Origin: Chloroflexota bacterium | Lineage (GTDB): Bacteria; Chloroflexota; UBA11872; VXOZ01 | Direction of reading: 5' to 3' | NCBI GenBank assembly: GCA_965207135.1 | Contig: OZ242272.1 | Span: 2,437,336 to 2,501,335 of the forward strand | DNA length: 64,000 bases | In this document: piece after piece, positions 58,623-64,000 of the stretch | Layout: each line of letters begins with the position of its first letter | How positions within the stretch are numbered: the stretch's first letter is position 1 | The notes under the pieces: model-generated | Told to the model about the DNA's origin: nothing | Seen by the model: the letters and a program-made list of their open reading frames with translations, nothing else | Databases searched by the model: none | Made by a program: the position numbers and the translations under genes

Positions 58623-59483
58623 GTGCGCGCGTGCGCCTCTGCGACGCCGGATTTTCTCGCAATCGGCCATGCGGCGCGGGACCTGACCCCTGATGGCTGG
58701 CGCTGGGGCGGCACGGTCACCTACGCGGCGCTGCTTGCCCGCGCTTGGGGAGTGTCCGCAGCCGTGCTCACCGCCTTGGCAGCAGCAGACGAGTCCCGCT
58801 ACCAAGAATTTCTCGGTGGTGAAGTCTTCCTGCACGCGCTCCGCGCACCGACCACCACGACGTTTGAAAACGTCTATACTGCCGCGGGCCGCCGGCAGCG
58901 TTTGCATGCCCAGTCAGCGCGGCTCGAACCGCGCCACGTACCGCAAGCCTGGGGCAGCGCGCCAATTGTGCTAGTGGGCCCGCTGTTGAGCGAGGTCTCT
59001 ACGCAATTCAGCGGTTTCTTTGCCCAAGACACTTTGGTTGGCATGGCCATCCAGGGGCGCTTGCGCAGTCACCGCCAGGGGAGCATCTATGCGCGCCGCT
59101 GGCACCTTGCCCCGCAGGAGTTTGCGGCCTATGACGTGCTCTTCTTTTCGGAAGAAGACGTTCAGGGCAGCGCCGCGCTTGCCGAGAGATACGCAGCACT
59201 GGTCCCCTTGGCGGTGATGACACGAGGCAGTGCCGGCGCAACGCTCTTTGCACACGGCCGCGTTACGCAACATCCTGCCTTTGCGTCCCGACCGGTTGAC
59301 ATGACGGGTGCCGGTGATGTCTTTGCCGCCGCGTTCTTGCTCCACTACGCGGAGAATCGCGATCCGGCAGCAGCCTGCCGCTACGCCAACGCCGCCGCGG
59401 CCTGCAGCATCGAGCACGTCGGCGCGAGCGGGATTCCAAATCGCGGGCAGGTGGATGCACGATTGCGCTCCAAGCCTCACTAG
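58623..59483 (+). CDS. PfkB-family (ribokinase-like) carbohydrate/small-molecule kinase
   Basis: The GTG start lies 2 nt after the upstream stop and gives VRACASATPDFLAIGHAARD. The DMTGAGDVFAAAFL motif matches the DTxGAGD catalytic signature. Confidence 0.7.
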   Translation: MRACASATPDFLAIGHAARDLTPDGWRWGGTVTYAALLARAWGVSAAVLTALAAADESRYQEFLGGEVFLHALRAPTTTTFENVYTAAGRRQRLHAQSARLEPRHVPQAWGSAPIVLVGPLLSEVSTQFSGFFAQDTLVGMAIQGRLRSHRQGSIYARRWHLAPQEFAAYDVLFFSEEDVQGSAALAERYAALVPLAVMTRGSAGATLFAHGRVTQHPAFASRPVDMTGAGDVFAAAFLLHYAENRDPAAACRYANAAAACSIEHVGASGIPNRGQVDARLRSKPH

Positions 59484-59490
59484 GCAACCC

Positions 59491-59510
59491 GGCCTCCTGC
59501 GCCGGAGGCC
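59491..59510 (+). terminator. Weak hairpin (GGCCTCC-tgcgcc-GGAGGCC) just after the PfkB gene, without a clear U-tract
   Basis: Read directly from the sequence, 8 nt after the stop codon. Confidence 0.3.
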
Positions 59511-59688
59511 CCAGTTAGTTGCAGGAACTCCATCCACGCTAGCCGACTAGGACTCTCTGGAGACCTTCACCAAGCCCTGCTATGTGTAGAGTCTCGCACC
59601 GATTGGCGAGACAAGCCTCTGCGCGTTGTCACTCTCTACCCTCTCTCGAGAGAAGACCTTGCATAACCCTTGCCGGAGTGAGAAAGTC

Positions 59689-59942
59689 CCCTCTCCCTTG
59701 AGGGAGAGGGCCAGGGTGAGGGTGGATCCCTGTCCTGTATTCCTAACGAACATGGTGCGACCGGCGCACAACCGCAGCGCCACTCTTGCGCAGGTTGCAA
59801 ACCTACGCTACCGAAAATAGCAGTAAAGTAGACATGTATGAGTGAAGGCTCTCCTGGAAAACCGTTAAAGAACTTACCACCTGACCATTGACGTAGCCAC
59901 TCTCATCGCGCTCGTTGTTTCTTTTCCCCTCTCCCTCGAGGG
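59689..59942 (+). repeat. Copy A of a ~245-bp tandem repeat (pseudo-5' region of rqcH), truncated by the IS481 insertion and starting with the palindrome CCCTCTCCC-TTGA-GGGAGAGGG
   Basis: By-eye alignment shows high similarity to 61208-61450 and 61451-61658. Confidence 0.7.
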
Positions 59943-61207
59943 TGTATAGACCGGGTTGATGGGTAACACATGTTCGGGTTGATGGGTTACACCTAAAGGC
60001 ATGGGAAGTCTTGCAATAGGAGGATGACCATGCCGTGGAAGGTGGAAACGCTTATGTCTGCCCGGGAAGAGTTTATTGCCTTGGCCTCTAGTGGCGCAGT
60101 GAGCATGAGCGAATTGTGTGGTCGGTTCAGCATCAGCCGCAAGACCGGCTACAAGTGGTTGCGGCGGTATGCGTCGGGGGGAGCGCAGAACCTGCGTGAC
60201 CGTTCGCACCGTACGCACAGCTGTCCGCACCGGACAGACCCGGAGCTGGAAGAGAGGATCATCGCGCTGCGCCTGGCGCATCCTACGAAGGGCGCGCATG
60301 TGCTGCACAGGCTGCTGCAAGACCAAGGCTGCACGGACGTGCCGGCCAAGAGCACGATCCAGGCCATTCTCAAGCGCCATGGGCTTATCGATCCCGTGGA
60401 GAGCACCAAGCACACACCCCACGTGCGTTTCGAACACCCTGAGCCCAACGCACTGTGGCAAATGGACTTCAAGGGGCACTTCAGCATGCAGCACGACCGC
60501 TGCCATCCGCTCACCCTCCTGGATGATCATTCCCGCTTCAACCTCGCCCTACAAGCCTGTGCCAACGAACGCGGCGAGACAGTCCAAGACCGCCTCACCA
60601 CTGTCTTTCGCCGCTACGGCCTGCCCCAGGCCATGCTCATGGATAACGGCTCCCCCTGGGGCAACGACAGCGGCCAGCCCTTCACGCCCCCCACCATCTG
60701 GCTCATGCAGTTGGGCATCGGCATCCGGCACAGCCGACCCTATCATCCCCAGACACTCGGCAAACTCGAACGCTTCCACCGCTCGCTCAAGAGCGAACTG
60801 CTGCAAAACCGCACCTTCACCGACCTGGACCACTGCCAGCTTGCCTTCAACACCTGGCGTGACTTCTACAACCTGGAACGTCCCCATCATGCCCTCGACC
60901 TGGACACCCCCATCACCAGATACACCCCCAGTGACCGCTCCTTCCCCGCAACCTTGCCTGCCCTCGACTACGGCCCTGACGACCACGTGCGCAGCGTCGA
61001 TGTCAACGGTCGCATCTCCTTCCAGGGCAAAACCCTCCCTATGGGTAAGGCCTTTCGGCATAAGCAGGTCGCGCTCCGCCCCACCCAAACCGACGGCGTC
61101 TGGAACGTGCACTTCTCAATACAACGCATCAAAACCATAGACCTCAGAGAACAACATGTGTAACCTATCAACCCGAACACCTGTTACCTATCAGCCCAGT
61201 CTGTACA
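59943..61207 (+). mobile_element. IS481-family insertion sequence, about 1265 bp, with about 50-bp imperfect terminal inverted repeats
   Basis: The left end reads TGTATAGACCGGGTTGATGGGTAACACATGTTCGGGTTGATGGGTTACAC. The reverse complement of the right end reads TGTACAGACTGGGCTGATAGGTAACAGGTGTTCGGGTTGATAGGTTACAC. It contains a single transposase ORF whose stop lies inside the right IR. Confidence 0.8.
60024..61163 (+). CDS. IS481-family transposase (N-terminal HTH plus rve/DDE integrase core)
   Basis: The 379-aa protein has an HTH (SISRKTGYKWLRRY), DDE-type core residues (WQMDFKG...LMDNGSPW...HPQTLGKLERFHRSLK), and a GGAGGA RBS. Confidence 0.85.
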   Translation: MTMPWKVETLMSAREEFIALASSGAVSMSELCGRFSISRKTGYKWLRRYASGGAQNLRDRSHRTHSCPHRTDPELEERIIALRLAHPTKGAHVLHRLLQDQGCTDVPAKSTIQAILKRHGLIDPVESTKHTPHVRFEHPEPNALWQMDFKGHFSMQHDRCHPLTLLDDHSRFNLALQACANERGETVQDRLTTVFRRYGLPQAMLMDNGSPWGNDSGQPFTPPTIWLMQLGIGIRHSRPYHPQTLGKLERFHRSLKSELLQNRTFTDLDHCQLAFNTWRDFYNLERPHHALDLDTPITRYTPSDRSFPATLPALDYGPDDHVRSVDVNGRISFQGKTLPMGKAFRHKQVALRPTQTDGVWNVHFSIQRIKTIDLREQHV

Positions 61208-61450
61208 ACGGGTGAGGGCTAGGGTGAGGGTGAATCTTTGTCCTGTATCCCTAACGAACATGTTGCGACCGGCGCACAACCGCAGCGCCACTCTTGCGCA
61301 GGTTGCAAACCTACGCTACCGAAAATGGCAGTAAAGTAGACATGTATGAGTGAAGGCTCTCCTGGAAGACCACGGAAGAGCCAACCACTTGACCATTGAC
61401 GTGGCCACTCTCATCGCGCTCGTTGTTTCTTTTCCTCTCTCCCTCGAGGG
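61208..61450 (+). repeat. Copy B of the ~245-bp tandem repeat, retaining a TTG start plus 11 rqcH-like codons (TIDVATLIAL) and ending with the CTCTCCCTCGAGGGAGAG palindrome
   Basis: By-eye alignment to copies A and C. Confidence 0.7.
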
Positions 61451-61658
61451 AGAGGGCCAGGGTGAGGGTGAATCTTTGCTCTGTATCCCCACGAACATGG
61501 TGCGACCGGCGCACAACCGCAGCACCACTCTTGCGCAGGTTGCAAACCTGCGCTACAGAGAATAGCAGTAGAATAGATATGTATGGATGGAGACTCTACA
61601 GGAACGCCATAGAAGGACTCACCGCTTGACCATCGACGTAGCCACTCTCATCGCGCTC
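61451..61658 (+). repeat. Copy C of the repeat, which is the authentic promoter/5'UTR/first codons of rqcH
   Basis: It runs continuously into the intact rqcH ORF. Confidence 0.65.
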
Positions 61659-63368
61659 CGCCGGGAAATTACCGAGAAAGTCCTTGGCGGCCGCATACAG
61701 CGCGTGCTGCATTCGGGCCAACTCGCCGTCGCCTTTGAGATATACGCGCACGGTGAGACTTGGTGGCTCATCATCAATGCCGCGCCGCAAGCGCCGCATC
61801 TCTACCTGACTCGCGAGCGGCCGGCGCGCGCTGACGACAACGTGACCCCGCTGCTCCTCCTGCTGCGCAAGTACGTGCGCAACGGCCGCCTCATCGCGGT
61901 AGGACAACCACCGTGGGAGCGGGTCCTGCAATTCACCGTCCACGCCCGCGTGGATGACGCTATCACGGAAACTACGCTCGTCGCCGAGATCATGGGGCGC
62001 ACGAGCAATCTCGTGCTGGTGGACACCGATGGCGTCATTCTCGATAGCATGAAGCGCGTGGGCGCATCTATCAATCGCTATCGCCAGGTGCTGCCGAAGT
62101 TGCCGTACATGCCGCCGCCGCCTCTTGAACGTCCCGATCCTTTCACCGCGCAGGCGGCGCACTTGGAGGCCGCTGCTGAAGCCGCGCCTACGCAGCCCGC
62201 CTGGCGCGTGCTGATGGGGCAGACTACCGGCTGCGGACCCCTCGTCGCCCGTGAGGCAGTCTTTCGTGCCGCAGCCGCGGCTGAGGCGTCCGCGGCGGAC
62301 GTTGTGTGGCACGACGTACTGGAGGCGGCGCGACAGGTGTTTACACAGGTTGAGCGCGGCGAACTCACGCCCAGTCTCGCGCCCGGCGCGGACGACGCCC
62401 TCACTGCCTATGCGCCCTACGCGCTCACCATGTTTCCCGGCTGCGAACAGGCGGACTCTATGAGCGCGGCCATCGAGCGCTTCTACCGTGAACAGGGCCG
62501 AGCGCCCCAGCGCCGGACGCGCGACCTGGGACAGAAGCCGCTGCTCCAAGCGCTGCAGGAGCGTATGGACCAACTTCAACAACGCCGGCGCGCCCTGAAG
62601 CGTCAAGAGCGTGACGCCGTCGACGCGGAGGAATGGCGGCGCAAAGGCGATTTGGTCCTGGCCTATGGGTACGGTGTCGCGCCGGGAAGCAAAGAAATCG
62701 ATGTAGACGGCGAAAAGATTCGTATAGACCCGGAAACCTCGGTTCCCGAAAATGCCGATACATACTTTACCGCGTACAAGCGCAAGAAGCGGGCGCAAGA
62801 AGAAGTGCCGGGACTGCTGCGGAAAGTCGAGAATGAGACCGCCTATTGCGAACAAGCGGAGGCCTTGCTGGAAGCGGCGGAGTCGCCAGCCGACGTGCGC
62901 GCGCTGCGCGATGAATTGCGGGAGCAGGGCATAGTCGGCGGCGGTCGGCCCCGTAGGGACAAGGGACGCAAGGGCAGGCGGGGTAAAGATGTAGAAGTGG
63001 GAGCGCGCCCGGTCTCAATCTGGCTCGACGAAATTCAGGTGCTCGTGGGCCGCAGCGGCGCGCAAAACGACGCTGCACTACGCCTCGCGGACGCGGATGA
63101 CGTCTGGCTGCACGCGCGCAACGTGCCCGGTGCGCACACCGTGCTACGCTCCGGCGGCCGTGACGTGCCCGAGGCAATTATCCATCAAGCAGCGCAGATT
63201 GCCGCCTACTACAGCAAACTGCGTGAAGCCACGAGTGCCGAAGTCGACGTCACCAAGCGTCGCTACGTGCGCCGTATCCCCGGCGGGCACCCCGGCCTCG
63301 TCACCTACCGCAACGAGTACACGATCCGCGTCAAGCCTGAGCCATTGCCTCAACCGGAGCAGCAATAG
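61587..63368 (+). CDS. rqcH: RqcH/FbpA-family (NFACT) ribosome quality control protein
   Basis: The N-terminal TIDVATLIALRREITEKVLGGRIQRV compares with B. subtilis YloA MSFDGMFT..NELKEQLLGGRIEKI. The C-terminal NFACT-R segment is WLHARNVPGAHTVLRSGG...AAQIAAYYSK. The in-frame TTG at 61626 (MTIDVATL...) may be the true start. Confidence 0.75.
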   Translation: METLQERHRRTHRLTIDVATLIALRREITEKVLGGRIQRVLHSGQLAVAFEIYAHGETWWLIINAAPQAPHLYLTRERPARADDNVTPLLLLLRKYVRNGRLIAVGQPPWERVLQFTVHARVDDAITETTLVAEIMGRTSNLVLVDTDGVILDSMKRVGASINRYRQVLPKLPYMPPPPLERPDPFTAQAAHLEAAAEAAPTQPAWRVLMGQTTGCGPLVAREAVFRAAAAAEASAADVVWHDVLEAARQVFTQVERGELTPSLAPGADDALTAYAPYALTMFPGCEQADSMSAAIERFYREQGRAPQRRTRDLGQKPLLQALQERMDQLQQRRRALKRQERDAVDAEEWRRKGDLVLAYGYGVAPGSKEIDVDGEKIRIDPETSVPENADTYFTAYKRKKRAQEEVPGLLRKVENETAYCEQAEALLEAAESPADVRALRDELREQGIVGGGRPRRDKGRKGRRGKDVEVGARPVSIWLDEIQVLVGRSGAQNDAALRLADADDVWLHARNVPGAHTVLRSGGRDVPEAIIHQAAQIAAYYSKLREATSAEVDVTKRRYVRRIPGGHPGLVTYRNEYTIRVKPEPLPQPEQQ

Positions 63369-63637
63369 GTCTTCCATTGGCCCTGAACCTGCCTGTCTTG
63401 AGCACGTCGAAAGGCGGTCGCCTGCAAGCAATTGTGCTGCGACAGGCTCTGCACGTACGGTGCCGCGATTGTTCTCTTTGGTTGGCTTGGTTCCGCTCGC
63501 CCTGAGCTTGACTGTCCTGAGCCTGCCGAAGGGTCGAAGGGTGATTGAGGGCATGATTGAATTTTGCAAACTCTCTCCCTCTTGTTCACACTTCGAATGG
63601 CTAGGCGCAAACGGGAAGGGGCTTCCCTGCTCTGTCG

Positions 63638-64000
63638 CTAGCTACCCCTGGGCGTCCATTTCAAGTGTTTATCCAGAAACGGGAACGTGCCGGTACCTTC
63701 GATCATGTGGCCGCCGTCGAAGTAGTAGATTTCGGCGCGGTCGGGAATCTTGATGTCGGCGTAACGGCGTTGCACCCGCGCGTATTCGTAGGCACACCAC
63801 TCGTCCGAGGCCACGGCGTCGCGGTGGCCGCGCTCGACCATGAAGGCGCGCGGCGCCATCAGATAGGCCATCTCGGCGTAGTTGAATGTCTGTCCCAGGT
63901 TGAATTCCTGCATTTCCCACTCGTGATTGAACATGTAGCCAGAGAAATAGTCGGTGCTCGCGCATTTTCGCGCCCACTCGTTGAAGTCGCCCGCGCAAAT
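63638..64000 (-). CDS. C-terminal fragment of a hypothetical hydrolase-like protein; the gene continues beyond the window end
   Basis: The frame is open from 64000 down to the stop at 63638 and reads ...FNEWARKCASTDYFSGYMFNHEWEMQEFNLGQTFNYAEMAYLMAPRAF...YYFDGGHMIEG.... The family is not recognised with confidence. Confidence 0.35.
   Translation of the reverse strand: MCAGDFNEWARKCASTDYFSGYMFNHEWEMQEFNLGQTFNYAEMAYLMAPRAFMVERGHRDAVASDEWCAYEYARVQRRYADIKIPDRAEIYYFDGGHMIEGTGTFPFLDKHLKWTPRGS

Noticed and set aside
59626-59820. Small ORFs in the repeats (64-77 aa, ...NMVRPAHNRSATLAQVANLRYR...)
   Set aside because: They recur only because the DNA repeat recurs. They have no RBS or start support and the frame differs from the rqcH-like leader frame.
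60118-61140. 340-aa alternative-frame ORF inside the transposase gene
   Set aside because: It has an Arg/Ala/Thr-rich composition typical of off-frame high-GC translation. The transposase frame has recognisable HTH and DDE motifs.
59600-61700. Possible CRISPR array because of regularly repeated sequence
   Set aside because: The repeat unit is about 245 bp with no short spacer/repeat periodicity and no cas genes. It is a tandem segmental duplication.
61596-62855. 419-aa minus-strand ORF antisense to rqcH
   Set aside because: It is an antisense shadow ORF with no recognisable domains. rqcH on the plus strand has clear NFACT-N/NFACT-R similarity.

Overview
This is a high-GC bacterial chromosomal segment, about 60%+ GC by eye, with strong GC3 bias in real genes and many antisense shadow ORFs. 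I call about 56 protein genes, one IS481-family insertion sequence, a tandem array of three ~245-bp repeats and a few intrinsic terminators. No rRNA, tRNA or CRISPR array was seen. Tat-type lipoprotein solute-binding proteins and LGFP-repeat envelope proteins suggest a monoderm high-GC lineage such as Chloroflexota or Actinobacteria; this is tentative. From left to right: recN (partial) and nadK; a minus-strand exopolysaccharide-like cluster with three GT4 glycosyltransferases, a secreted clan GH-A hydrolase carrying LGFP repeats, and a flippase-like membrane protein; a secreted CARDB protein; an M42 peptidase; a cytochrome P460-like lipoprotein divergent from a Crp/Fnr regulator, followed by a ThuA-like gene; two small envelope proteins; an orphan solute-binding protein with a poly-Gly insert; two divergently arranged Gfo/Idh/MocA oxidoreductases; a D-cysteine desulfhydrase / ACC-deaminase family enzyme; a VOC protein; a second orphan solute-binding protein; a neutral-ceramidase-like hydrolase; ftsH; two tandem ABC exporters; mutM; two tandem paralogous secreted proteins; a TauE/GNAT/enolase/creatininase/DppA block; an LGFP plus beta-propeller protein; SCO; and a sucrase/ferredoxin-like protein. 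Then comes a System I cytochrome c maturation cluster ordered ccmE-ybjQ-ccmF-ccmH-ccmI-like-X-ccmABCD. It has unusual members: a CcmE with Cys-x3-Phe in place of His-x3-Tyr, and a CcmI-like N-terminal module fused to a BNR/Asp-box propeller. The most novel-looking unit is a four-gene operon of an ATP-grasp amidoligase, a KamA-type lysine 2,3-aminomutase, a Gfo/Idh/MocA-like oxidoreductase and a PfkB kinase. This could be an undescribed beta-lysine conjugate pathway. The right end holds an IS481 element inserted into a tandem triplication of the rqcH promoter and 5' end.
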